A stretch of DNA of 33,352 nt. Origin: Promethearchaeota archaeon. Its GTDB lineage: Archaea; Asgardarchaeota; Lokiarchaeia; Sigyniarchaeales; SOKP01. The notes beneath the pieces were generated by a model that was not told where the DNA came from, did not search any database, and saw only the letters and a program-made list of their open reading frames with translations. Positions 8,535-17,876 of the stretch are shown piece by piece. How positions within the stretch are numbered: the first letter of the stretch is position 1; every line of letters starts with the position of its first letter. The translations under genes and the position numbers were made by a program. The stretch spans positions 1 to 33,352 of the forward strand of contig JAEOTS010000010.1 in the NCBI GenBank assembly GCA_016839745.1, read 5' to 3'.

Positions 8535-9536
8535 ATGTTAACTCCAGAACACATAAAAGAAGTATTAAAAGACTATACTATTAATCTAAGATTCCATGCC
8601 CGTGGGGGACAAGGAGGCGTAACCGCTTCGAATCTCTGCGTGGAAGCATTCTATGGTTACGGTGTTTGTCAACCAAAATTTGGCGCAGAACGGATGGGAA
8701 GCCCAACTGAAAGCTATGTTCGACTTTCTGCGAACGCTGATCTAGTAAGATCAAACGAACAAGTTTATGGACCTCATTTTGTTTCGGTTTTAGATCCTTC
8801 TTTATTAACAGAAGTAGATGTGACGGCAGGTATACCAAAAGGAGGTTGGTTAATTGTCAATACAGAAATGGATCAATTAACTATTCAAGATGCAGTTAAA
8901 CGGAAGGATATAAATGTTGCAACAATTGATGCAACTCGAATTGCTCTCGATGTTCTAGGGAGAAATATTACGAACACCATTATATTGGGTGCTTTAATTC
9001 GTGTTTCTCATCTCTTCACGCTTGAGGAATTATCTGACGCCATAATGAAGCGATTTAAAGGAGAAGTTGCTGGAAAAAATATTCAAGCTATTAAACAGGC
9101 AATTGAAGAAACATGCGTTTACGATATGGGGATTGAACCAGATTTCACCGTGGATAGTAAAGTACCGTGGCAGCAAGTATATTTAGGGTTGCCCGGATAC
9201 AAAGATTTAGATAAAGCTGGTGTTTGGTATTGTGATGAAGATATAATCCCTGTTGGAAGTGACCTAGTAAATACGGGGTCGTGGGGAGAATGGGAGATAA
9301 TATGGGACGAAGAAACATGCACTAATTGTGCGCAATGCTGGTTTATATGCCCTGATTTTGCAACTCTTAGAAAATTAGGAGATGATGGCCAATATCACAT
9401 GGCTGGAATCGATATTCTTCACTGTAAAGCGTGTCAAAATTGCCTTAATATCTGTCCCGTTCAAGCCATAAGTAAACGAGCGAAACAAGGTCCTGCCGCT
9501 TGTGCAGTACCAGAAGAAGAAGGAGGTAGTAATTAA
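8535..9536 (+). CDS. porCD: Pyruvate/2-oxoacid:ferredoxin oxidoreductase gamma-delta fusion subunit
   Basis: Gamma motifs HARGGQG, FGAERMGSP, IDATRIA..VLGR.ITNT.ILGA, followed by delta motifs NTGSW, CTNCAQCWFICP, CKACQNCLNICP. Start is ATG 8535 or GTG 8523. Confidence 0.9.
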   Translation: MLTPEHIKEVLKDYTINLRFHARGGQGGVTASNLCVEAFYGYGVCQPKFGAERMGSPTESYVRLSANADLVRSNEQVYGPHFVSVLDPSLLTEVDVTAGIPKGGWLIVNTEMDQLTIQDAVKRKDINVATIDATRIALDVLGRNITNTIILGALIRVSHLFTLEELSDAIMKRFKGEVAGKNIQAIKQAIEETCVYDMGIEPDFTVDSKVPWQQVYLGLPGYKDLDKAGVWYCDEDIIPVGSDLVNTGSWGEWEIIWDEETCTNCAQCWFICPDFATLRKLGDDGQYHMAGIDILHCKACQNCLNICPVQAISKRAKQGPAACAVPEEEGGSN

Positions 9537-9537
9537 A

Positions 9538-10761
9538 ATGTCAATAGAACCAATGAAAATTTTCTTTAAGGAAATTAAAGAACCAACCCAAACCGCTATG
9601 ATTGGAAACTATGCAGTAGCTGGGGGGGTCACTCAAACGGATCCCGATGTAATTTGCGCTTTTCCTATTACACCGCAAACGCAATCAGTAGAGGGATTAT
9701 CCGATGTGGTTCATCAAGGAAGGTTGAAAGCAGCATTCGTTAACGTTGAATCTGAATTAGCTGCCATGAGTTATTCTACTGCTGCCTGTGCAGCGGGAGC
9801 AAGAACTTTTACTGCAACAGCATCTCAAGGTTATTTATTAATGTCAGAAGCTTTACCAATGGCTGTGGGTTGGCGAGTTCCTTTAACGATGATGATCTCC
9901 GCCCGAGCTTTCAACTCCCCAAATTTGTCTATCTGGAATAGCTGGGAATACGTTATCACTGATTATGGGTGGAACTGTATCGTTTCAGAAAATGTTCAAG
10001 AAACTTACGATGCGGCGATTTTGGCCGTAATGATATCTGATAAATCCTTATTTCCAACTATGTTTGTACACGATGGATTTATAATTTCTCACTCGGTTCA
10101 AAAACTATGGTTAAGTCCCGATGAGGTTATACGTAAATTAACGCCAAAGATGCCTCGTCATACAATATCACCTGACCATCCAGGAGTATGGGGTGGAATT
10201 GTGACTCCCGGTTATTTTATGGAGGGAAGAATGGGCCTTGATATTGCCAAAAAATCTGTACTTAATGTAATGAAAAATTCCTTTGAAGAATTCGGAAAAG
10301 CAACTGGTCGCCATTATAAGTTAATTGAGACGTATAACTTAGATAACTCATCAAAAACTGCGTTTATTACAATGGGTAGTATGTGTGGTAATATTATTAG
10401 TTGGATGACGAAGAACAAAGATATAGGGTTAATCAAAATTAGAGCCTACAGACCTTTCCCTTACGAAGAATTACAAAAAATCGTTCAAGAGCACAATATT
10501 GAAAAATTAATCATCTTAGAGAAATCAGACGCACTAAATAATCTCTTACCACCGTTTTCTACCTCGATAGCAACGGCATTATATCCACTTAATACAATAT
10601 TTAGAACTTATATTGTAGGATTAGGTGGAAGAGATGTTACAAGAGATGAATTTGATGTAACTAAAAAGAAGATGAAATCAGTGAACGACATGAAAGGGCA
10701 ACTTTACACATATCTAGGTGTAAGAGAAAGCAAAGATAAAATACATGAGGTGGATCGATAA
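9538..10761 (+). CDS. porA: Pyruvate/2-oxoacid:ferredoxin oxidoreductase alpha subunit
   Basis: GNYAVA, FPITPQT, VESE, TATASQG, DGFIISH, RPFP, GLGGRDV. SD GGAGGT precedes ATG 9538, one base after the porCD stop. Confidence 0.93.
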   Translation: MSIEPMKIFFKEIKEPTQTAMIGNYAVAGGVTQTDPDVICAFPITPQTQSVEGLSDVVHQGRLKAAFVNVESELAAMSYSTAACAAGARTFTATASQGYLLMSEALPMAVGWRVPLTMMISARAFNSPNLSIWNSWEYVITDYGWNCIVSENVQETYDAAILAVMISDKSLFPTMFVHDGFIISHSVQKLWLSPDEVIRKLTPKMPRHTISPDHPGVWGGIVTPGYFMEGRMGLDIAKKSVLNVMKNSFEEFGKATGRHYKLIETYNLDNSSKTAFITMGSMCGNIISWMTKNKDIGLIKIRAYRPFPYEELQKIVQEHNIEKLIILEKSDALNNLLPPFSTSIATALYPLNTIFRTYIVGLGGRDVTRDEFDVTKKKMKSVNDMKGQLYTYLGVRESKDKIHEVDR

Positions 10762-10762
10762 A

Positions 10763-11848
10763 ATGTCGAAACCAGAAAGAAATGTCATTCCATTTGAAGA
10801 CATTCTCGCAAGAGATGAAAAATGTACTGTATTATTCCTTAACTACGATAACGAAGCTTTTATGAACACTGGTATTCAGGAATCGGGAGGAACTCCGCCT
10901 TACGCATCAACAACGACTGGCCCGGGAGGTGAGAAAATACCAGGAAAAATCGGTGTTAAGCAAGATCTTGTCACTCCTTTTGCTTTTTTTGGCACAAAAT
11001 CTTTATTCTTAGCCAGTGCTAATCCTGCCTATCCTGCAGACTTCATGGGAAAATTCGCTGATGCAATGAAATCAAATGGATCTGCTTTCATTCAAACCTA
11101 CTCAGATTGTATGCGAGGATGGCGACATGACGCCGGTGATGCGGCAAGTATTTCAAAACTAGCTACAGATTGTGGGTATTGGCCTCTTTATACTATTAGA
11201 GTAAAAGATGGTATTCCAACTTTTTCTTATTATCGCGGATTAGATATTGATAAAGAAAAATTCGTAGAATATCTCAAATCCATGGGAAGATTCAAGCACC
11301 TCTTTAAACCAAGATTCATGGAAAAAGAAATTGACGAGATAATTTATTATACGGAACAACGAAACCTCAAAATAAAAGGACTCATAGAACAATTCGGAGC
11401 TGAAAAACCTGTAGATTTCTATAAAGTTAATCGAAGAACTTTAAAGCCTCAAACTCATCTACACCCCGGGTACGGAACATGTCCAGGTTGCGGTGCTGGA
11501 ATGGTATTAAATCAAATGGCAACTGTAGCATCTGCTATAGCTGGTAATAACATTATTTACGTAAATAATACCAGTTGCGTTGAAGTTTCTACCTCAAAAG
11601 ATAATGTAGCATCATGGAAAGTTCCTTGGGTACACCACTTATTTGAATCGGGTGCTACCGTGGCAGATGGGATAAGCACTACCTACAAAATCTTAAAAGC
11701 CAAGGGATTATACAAAGGTGAAGTGCCATATGTAATCCACATCGGTGGAGATGGATCTACGTACGATATCGGTTTTCAATTCCTTAAAGCTGCCCTCATA
11801 AGAACAAGTTCGTTCGTTGAAATGAATGAATATCTGAAACAAAAATAA
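10763..11848 (+). CDS. porB: Pyruvate/2-oxoacid:ferredoxin oxidoreductase beta subunit, circularly permuted
   Basis: All PorB motifs are present but in swapped order: YDNEAFMNTGIQ..TP / C..GW / WPLY / GRFKHL come first, then CPGCG / NNTSCVEV / PWVH.LFE / GGDG..YDIG. SD GAGGTGG precedes ATG 10763. Confidence 0.92.
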   Translation: MSKPERNVIPFEDILARDEKCTVLFLNYDNEAFMNTGIQESGGTPPYASTTTGPGGEKIPGKIGVKQDLVTPFAFFGTKSLFLASANPAYPADFMGKFADAMKSNGSAFIQTYSDCMRGWRHDAGDAASISKLATDCGYWPLYTIRVKDGIPTFSYYRGLDIDKEKFVEYLKSMGRFKHLFKPRFMEKEIDEIIYYTEQRNLKIKGLIEQFGAEKPVDFYKVNRRTLKPQTHLHPGYGTCPGCGAGMVLNQMATVASAIAGNNIIYVNNTSCVEVSTSKDNVASWKVPWVHHLFESGATVADGISTTYKILKAKGLYKGEVPYVIHIGGDGSTYDIGFQFLKAALIRTSSFVEMNEYLKQK

Positions 11849-11871
11849 TCTATTTTTATTCTTTTTTATTT
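11849..11871 (+). terminator. T-rich terminator of the por operon
   Basis: tctatttttattcttttttattt immediately follows the porB stop. Confidence 0.5.
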
Positions 11872-12075
11872 AAAATTATTGCTAATCCTCCAGTATGTCT
11901 ATTTCATCTAGAAAAATTAATTATTCCTACGTAAAAATTTCTAATTAATTGTCTATTTTCAAAATAAACAATAATTTATACATATAAGTCTTTAAATATT
12001 GATTTAGCTTATTTATCTTTATTGAAATCTCTCATAAAAAAGGATTCTATAAATAATGATTTAATGTATAATAAA

Positions 12076-13299
12076 ATGAATAAAAGAATTTGGGCAACTT
12101 TATTCATACTTTTCGCATTTATAGGGCAGATCGTTGGAATAGGGTTTGTAAAAGTTGAATATATTCAAGCTAGAGAAAATGTCAACAAACTTCTGGAAGA
12201 CCGAAATTCTAGCTTGCATTCTGCTTCTACAGAATTTATAATTCCCTCAGTTCCACACTACTACCAAACAACAAGTTACTATTGCGGACCTGCAAGTTTA
12301 GAAATGGTGTGTGATTTTTATGGACCTGATATTGCACAATTAGAGATAGCAGATGTTGCTCGAGCAGACGTATCTTATGGAGCTTACACAAGTGATCTGA
12401 GACGAGCAACTCATTTTAGTAATTTAAGTATATCTTTAGGTAATGATATGGGTGGAAATATAACGGGATATACAAATAGATCAATTGGATATGGTGCTTT
12501 TGAAGCACATTTAACAAATGTTAATCATCTAGTCGATTTAATTGGAGACGGATACCCGATCGTGGTTTTGCAACATTATGATGAATCACATATTACTGGG
12601 CATTTTAGAGTAGTTATAGGCTATGTTAGAAATGGTGATATTTCTCAATTAATAGTACATGATCCTTGGTATTCTGGATTTTACTCAGGACCTAATGTTT
12701 ACATTAGTTATAATACATTTGTTGATTTATGGACTCGTTATTCAAATTGGACACTTTTTATTTGTCCATGGGAAATAACCGTAAGTTGCTCATCAATAGT
12801 AACAATAAATTCAACCTTTACAATAAGCGCTAATGTTGAATATATACGTCCAACATATTATAGTCCAGCGTATTCGGCTTCTTCATGTCAAGCGACTATA
12901 CAGCTACCATTGGGTTTTTCTCTTGCACCTGGTGAGATGTATACTAAAAATCTTAATCCAGCAAACCTCCTATCGGGAGAAAATGGAACAATTACATGGC
13001 AAGTGGTGGCAGACGTTATTAATAGTACAGGACTTATTTCCGTAAATGCTAGCGGTTTAGTATCAGGTACTGCATATGCTCGTCCACCTGTGTACCCTAC
13101 TGGATATACTTATAATGATTTGATTGGAGGTAATGGAAGTAAATCAGTTACAATAGTAGAAACAATAGTAGAACCATTACCAGAGGATGAGAATATACTT
13201 CCCATTATTATCATCTCAACTGCTATAACAGGTGCTGCTATTATAAGTATTGTTGTTGTATTTAAAGTACGTAAAGCTAAGAGAAAAACTCCAGAGTAA
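12076..13299 (+). CDS. Secreted, membrane-anchored C39-like cysteine peptidase with Ig-like domain
   Basis: N-terminal signal-like hydrophobic stretch; VPHYYQ...YCGPASLEM (Gln/Cys), GHFRVVIGY (His), VHDPW (Asp); beta-rich domain (..LPLGF..L..GE..TITWQV); C-terminal TM helix plus basic tail. Start uncertain (12064 or 12076). Confidence 0.8.
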   Translation: MNKRIWATLFILFAFIGQIVGIGFVKVEYIQARENVNKLLEDRNSSLHSASTEFIIPSVPHYYQTTSYYCGPASLEMVCDFYGPDIAQLEIADVARADVSYGAYTSDLRRATHFSNLSISLGNDMGGNITGYTNRSIGYGAFEAHLTNVNHLVDLIGDGYPIVVLQHYDESHITGHFRVVIGYVRNGDISQLIVHDPWYSGFYSGPNVYISYNTFVDLWTRYSNWTLFICPWEITVSCSSIVTINSTFTISANVEYIRPTYYSPAYSASSCQATIQLPLGFSLAPGEMYTKNLNPANLLSGENGTITWQVVADVINSTGLISVNASGLVSGTAYARPPVYPTGYTYNDLIGGNGSKSVTIVETIVEPLPEDENILPIIIISTAITGAAIISIVVVFKVRKAKRKTPE

Positions 13300-13452
13300 A
13301 ATAAAAATTTATCTTTTTTTTCTTTTTCGAAGCAAATAAAAGTATAGAAAAAATTGAAATGAATGAATATTGAACTAATCAGAAATAGTCTTACAATATT
13401 TTTTTATATTTAATTAATTATAGTAAATATTATTAGGAAATGAGGATCATTT

Positions 13453-14613
13453 ATGACTCTAACTAAGCGTGAACGTGTATTTAGAACTTTAGAACTCGAT
13501 GGCGAACCAGATATGGTTCCAATACACTATTTTGGATTTGAACAAACTGGGAGCTCGTTCCAAGCTTTCAAAGAATCGGGAGAAATGGATAAATATCGTA
13601 CTTATGTAGAAAATAAAGCTACTAATATTAAGCATTATATCACGGAGCAACGCTTTTGGAACGTTGATCTCTTCAGGATGGATCCTTTTGGAGAAACCAA
13701 AATCAAAGTTAGATACGAAAATGCACCTCCAGAATATCCAAACTGTCGTTTAAATAGAATGGATGGCAGATTATATAGAACTGAAAAGCAACCAAACACC
13801 GGTTTAGAATATGCTTGGTATGTTGGAGGTTATTTTACAACCCCTGAAATCTTACATTCTTATTGGGACCGATATGGAAAGCCAATAGAATGGATTAACA
13901 ATAGAGTTAAGTACTCTTCTCAAAAATGGGAGCGATTTGTTGAAGCTGTTGCGCCATATTTCTATCCTTTGGTAAATTTACCCATAGATCTCTCTGAATT
14001 TTTGATAGGGGGGATAACATTTACTCGCTTTGCGTATTATATACGAAAAAATCCCAGTTTTATACAGGAAATTATGGACGAATACACTAAAGTTAACATC
14101 GAAATTTTAAAACGCTTAGCTGAAGTGGGCGTCGATATTGTTATGTTTGGAGACGATTTAGGTTACAAAGAAAATCCTTTTTTCTCTTTAGATGTTTTCC
14201 GTAAATTTATCCTTCCATACCATAAAAGAATATATCAGGCATGTAAAAAAATGAGTGTGTTCATAATCTTACACTCTTGTGGAAAAATAGATCAATTTTT
14301 ACCGGATTTAGTTGATGCGGGGTTGAATTGTATTCAATCTTTAGAGGCAACAGCGGGTGTGGACTTGCCTGGGCTTAAGGAATCGTTAGGGGATAAGTTA
14401 TGCTTTATGGGGGGATTAGATTCTTCTGGTGTTTTAACATACGGTACTCCTAAAGATGTTGAAGAAAATGTAAGAAATACTATTAAAAGTGCCGGTAAAG
14501 GTGGAGGTTATTTCGTAGGACCAAGTCACGATATAATAAACATCCCTTGGGAGAACATTCTAGCCATGAGAGCCGCAATCGAAAAATACAGAAAGTATCC
14601 ACTTAGAGCATGA
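13453..14613 (+). CDS. URO-D / MtaA-CmuA family TIM-barrel protein
   Basis: MT..KRERV..TL...EPD.VP start, GDDLG, LHSCG, G.NCIQSLE..AGVD, FMGG.D, L..GTP.DV, GGGY..GPSH, PWEN. Confidence 0.88.
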   Translation: MTLTKRERVFRTLELDGEPDMVPIHYFGFEQTGSSFQAFKESGEMDKYRTYVENKATNIKHYITEQRFWNVDLFRMDPFGETKIKVRYENAPPEYPNCRLNRMDGRLYRTEKQPNTGLEYAWYVGGYFTTPEILHSYWDRYGKPIEWINNRVKYSSQKWERFVEAVAPYFYPLVNLPIDLSEFLIGGITFTRFAYYIRKNPSFIQEIMDEYTKVNIEILKRLAEVGVDIVMFGDDLGYKENPFFSLDVFRKFILPYHKRIYQACKKMSVFIILHSCGKIDQFLPDLVDAGLNCIQSLEATAGVDLPGLKESLGDKLCFMGGLDSSGVLTYGTPKDVEENVRNTIKSAGKGGGYFVGPSHDIINIPWENILAMRAAIEKYRKYPLRA

Positions 14614-14774
14614 TCTTATTCAAAATTTTCGAATTCTTGAAATAATTCTAAAAGAATTGAGTTATCTTTTACATCTTACTCCAAAAATAAATTTCAATTT
14701 TATTCGTTTATCTATTTTGTTATTTAGTTATATTTTTACTCTTTATTTGAATGGTAAAAATTATTCTTTTTTTC

Positions 14775-14796
14775 TACAAACAAACGTTTGTTGGTA
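14775..14796. promoter_or_regulatory. Palindromic operator, probably bound by the downstream TetR
   Basis: Perfect 14-bp palindrome AACAAACGTTTGTT (14779-14792), extendable to 22 bp with one mismatch, directly upstream of TATA-like TTTAAATA at 14800-14807. Confidence 0.7.
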
Positions 14797-14881
14797 AGAT
14801 TTAAATATCAAAATTTATTTTAGAACATTAAATATAAAATTATTTTCTTTCATCAAACATAGAGATTATAGCGTAAAGAAC

Positions 14882-15538
14882 ATGAAAAGTTCAACCAAGG
14901 ATAAAAAAACTAATGAAAAAAAGAAGAAAGGAACTAAGGAACGGATTAGGGATGTGGCTATCGATCTATTCTCACAGAAAGGATATAATGCCGTCTCTAT
15001 ACGAGATATAGCTCGTTTAGTAAATATACACGAGAGTTCTATCTATAATCACTTTAAAGGTAAAGAGGATATTATGGATCACATTATCGAATTCCTCATT
15101 GATGAGTTTAGATATGATCCAAATGAAATATCATTGGATGATTTACTTGACCAATATGATCCCGAAATGCTCTTGAATAATGCAATTAGACCAATGATAG
15201 AACAATTGAAGGTTCCACACATCCGAAAGATATTAAGACTCATGTGTATTGAGCTCTACCAGAATGTAAAATTCTTAGATTTTTTTAAAAACCAATTTAT
15301 GAAACCTTCTTATATTTTCTGGAATCAAATTTTCCAGAAAATGATGAATAAAGGATACATTATGGAATATGATGCTAAAATACTAGCTGATGAATTTTTC
15401 AATTACTGTATTTACTTGTTCTTCGAATGCTTTATTCTTAATTACAACGAGACTTCCTATGAGTTGTTAATTGACGATTTGATAAACAAACTATCTAGAC
15501 ATGTTAAGTACATTTTCGATATGATAAAGAATAAATAA
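14882..15538 (+). CDS. TetR/AcrR family transcriptional regulator
   Basis: TKERI...A.DLFS.KGY..VSIRDIA..VNI..SSIYNHFKGKEDI helix-turn-helix. Confidence 0.95.
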   Translation: MKSSTKDKKTNEKKKKGTKERIRDVAIDLFSQKGYNAVSIRDIARLVNIHESSIYNHFKGKEDIMDHIIEFLIDEFRYDPNEISLDDLLDQYDPEMLLNNAIRPMIEQLKVPHIRKILRLMCIELYQNVKFLDFFKNQFMKPSYIFWNQIFQKMMNKGYIMEYDAKILADEFFNYCIYLFFECFILNYNETSYELLIDDLINKLSRHVKYIFDMIKNK

Positions 15539-15564
15539 TTATACAATATGGAGGTGAAAAAATA

Positions 15565-15753
15565 ATGAGAAAAGAAAAAAAATGGGCGATAGTTACTGGA
15601 GTTCTTCTCCTACTTTCACTTGTTTCTGGCGGTGCGGCAGCTATCTTAGCCGGAGGAGTGCTTTACGATATAATCTATGCAATCCATAAGATATCATCGG
15701 TTCTAACAGCCATTTTTTTTATAGTGTCAATTCGTTTTAGTGGAAAGAATTAG
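15565..15753 (+). CDS. Small two-TM membrane protein (62 aa)
   Basis: Strong SD GGAGGTG; two hydrophobic helices with an IHK motif; followed by a T-tract; co-oriented with tetR. Confidence 0.7.
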   Translation: MRKEKKWAIVTGVLLLLSLVSGGAAAILAGGVLYDIIYAIHKISSVLTAIFFIVSIRFSGKN

Positions 15754-15860
15754 TATTTTTCATTTTTTTTACAGATTATATTTCTAAGAAATATACTTCA
15801 GTTGAAAAAAATCGAAAATATCCTTTAAAATTTTAAAAGCAGGCTGCTAATTGCATACTC

Positions 15861-17117
15861 TTAATAATGCCATTGTCTTGAAAAATTACTGAAGATCTCT
15901 TTAAGTAAATCCTTTCGATACTTATTATCTATTTCTAAATTTTTAGAAAGGATGAAGCTATCCAATGACTCCTTGGTGATTTTGGTTTCTCCTTGTTCTT
16001 CTAACCATTTTATGACTTCAAACACTATTCCACCCTCACGACCACCAGCAAATTTCGGTAAATACTCATTTGCGATGTATTCAGATCGATAGAAAGTCCG
16101 TACATACAATCCTTTTGGATCTAAATTTTTATAAAGGTGTGAAATATTCTCTGGAGCCGCATCAATAACTAAGTTTTTACCAGCGTTTTGAATTTTCTTA
16201 TACAACGGTATCCAATCTTTTGAGCCCATGGGTGAATTACCCGCTCCTGGGACCCATTGAATTCCTGTAATACTCGGTTCGTTTAAAAAGGAATCTAAAA
16301 ATGGTAGCGCGTCGGGGCCATCTAAATGATAAATTGAGTAATTCATATGCTCTGCCTGCGCTACAACATCAGGTAGAACAAATCTTTTAAACCATACGGG
16401 ATTTAACATAGCGCTAAAGTCACTTTGTAGAGCATACCATCTTTTTTTACTCCATACGCCTAGCCAACAATTGCAACCATCACAATATTGCGAGATTGTC
16501 CCCTGTAAATCATCGTAAACTTTTAGTAATTTCTCTAAAATTATTGTTCGGCATGTATCTATAATGGTAGGATTTCGTTTCATCGTAAGTATTATGTTGG
16601 TTGGTCCTAAAAACGATGAAAGTATGTCTAGAACACCACCAATATCGGTTACTGATACTAAATAGTTCTTTCTAGCTCTTTTCGCGGCAATTTCAGTTAT
16701 TCTGAGTAATCTTGAATACCAAACATTATTTTGATTTAGTTTGATATTTTCTAAATGTTCTATGATATTTTCTGGTTTTATAGGAAGACTATACCAAACT
16801 GTGTTTGTTTTAAATAGAGGAATTACTCCAAATACTGCAGCCATTATTCCCGGACCATAATTGGGAAAATAAAAAGGGATAGATTCTCCTCCAAAATAAG
16901 TTTCTTCAACTCGTTTTTCATATCCATTCAGAGCATTATCAATGTCCTCGTGATTTTCGGCTAAAGTCCAATCTTCACCAACTGTATCCAAGAAAGTACC
17001 AAGTTTACCTCTTTTTTTTGGATAATAATAGCTAATAACTGGGCGATCAATAATTTCGTGATCCCACCACGCACTCATTCGTTCTTTCGCGTCTTCAATA
17101 TCCTCCTTATACTCCAT
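15861..17117 (-). CDS. URO-D/MtaA-like TIM-barrel protein (family often labelled 'trimethylamine corrinoid protein 2')
   Basis: ER..AWW....DRP, NYGPG..AA, TD.GG..DIL, LQSDFSAM..P..F..FVLP, YHLDG, IQWVPGAG, YKKIQ.AGK. True start is taken as ATG 17117 (MEYKED...). Confidence 0.75.
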   Translation of the reverse strand: MEYKEDIEDAKERMSAWWDHEIIDRPVISYYYPKKRGKLGTFLDTVGEDWTLAENHEDIDNALNGYEKRVEETYFGGESIPFYFPNYGPGIMAAVFGVIPLFKTNTVWYSLPIKPENIIEHLENIKLNQNNVWYSRLLRITEIAAKRARKNYLVSVTDIGGVLDILSSFLGPTNIILTMKRNPTIIDTCRTIILEKLLKVYDDLQGTISQYCDGCNCWLGVWSKKRWYALQSDFSAMLNPVWFKRFVLPDVVAQAEHMNYSIYHLDGPDALPFLDSFLNEPSITGIQWVPGAGNSPMGSKDWIPLYKKIQNAGKNLVIDAAPENISHLYKNLDPKGLYVRTFYRSEYIANEYLPKFAGGREGGIVFEVIKWLEEQGETKITKESLDSFILSKNLEIDNKYRKDLLKEIFSNFSRQWHY

Positions 17118-17233
17118 AAAAAAAATATTAAAACAAGATAAATTAATCTTATCATTATTTAGTTTTATATAGTTTGGAAGTATTTCTATTCGCAATGGAT
17201 GAGAAATAATTTTAGAAATTTGAGGTAAGTAAA

Positions 17234-17803
17234 ATGGAAAAAAATAAAGTTTTGATCGTTTATGGTACCCGATATGGAGCAACGAAAAGCACAGTCGAAG
17301 AAATCGCTAGGGTTCTTCAGGAAGAGGATTATGATGTTAAAATCGTCAATGTAAAAGAAGAAAAGGTCCGAACCATAGCGGAATTTGAACTAGTTATTAT
17401 TGGAAGCGGAATGAGAATGGAGAGATGGGTGAGCAAGGTGGAAGGATTTTTGAAAAAGTACAATGAGGAACTCAAGAAAAAGAAAGTAGCAATTTTTGTA
17501 TCTTCAGGTGGACTAGCACTCATGGAATATAAAGGAGAGCTTGAAGAAATTGAGAGGGTAACAAAAAAATATCTTGAAGATAAATCTTCTAAGTATGCCT
17601 TGCATCCAATTTCAATGACGATGTTTGGTGGTGTATGGGATTATAATCAAATGTCCAAAATTTTCATAAAATTCCTAGAGGCTGAAAGGGAAAATTTCAT
17701 CGCCGCGGGGTTTAAAGAGACAGAACCTGGAGTTTATGATACAAGAAACTGGGACGATATTCGAAATTGGACGAGAGAATTAATTGAAAAAGTGCGGATG
17801 TAG
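17234..17803 (+). CDS. Flavodoxin-domain protein (HemG/flavodoxin_5-like)
   Basis: LIVYGTRYGAT FMN-binding loop, VIIGSG, FGG, DTRNWD.IR.W. Confidence 0.88.
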   Translation: MEKNKVLIVYGTRYGATKSTVEEIARVLQEEDYDVKIVNVKEEKVRTIAEFELVIIGSGMRMERWVSKVEGFLKKYNEELKKKKVAIFVSSGGLALMEYKGELEEIERVTKKYLEDKSSKYALHPISMTMFGGVWDYNQMSKIFIKFLEAERENFIAAGFKETEPGVYDTRNWDDIRNWTRELIEKVRM

Positions 17804-17876
17804 GTAAAAATAATCTGCTTGATCCGAAATTTTTAAGATATTTCCGATATTATATAAGATTATTCGAGGAATTATA

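Noticed and set aside
10745-11848. porB as a broken or two-fragment pseudogene
   Set aside because: It is a single open frame of normal length with all cofactor ligands, an SD and a terminator.
14611-14660. TGA readthrough or SECIS after the URO-D gene
   Set aside because: The stop falls at the same place as in the paralog (KYRKYP+3), and the downstream DNA is AT-rich with only a weak inverted repeat.
17118-17282. 55-aa N-terminal extension of the 473-aa ORF
   Set aside because: It overlaps the divergent flavodoxin start and crosses AT-rich promoter DNA; family-like sequence begins at ATG 17117.
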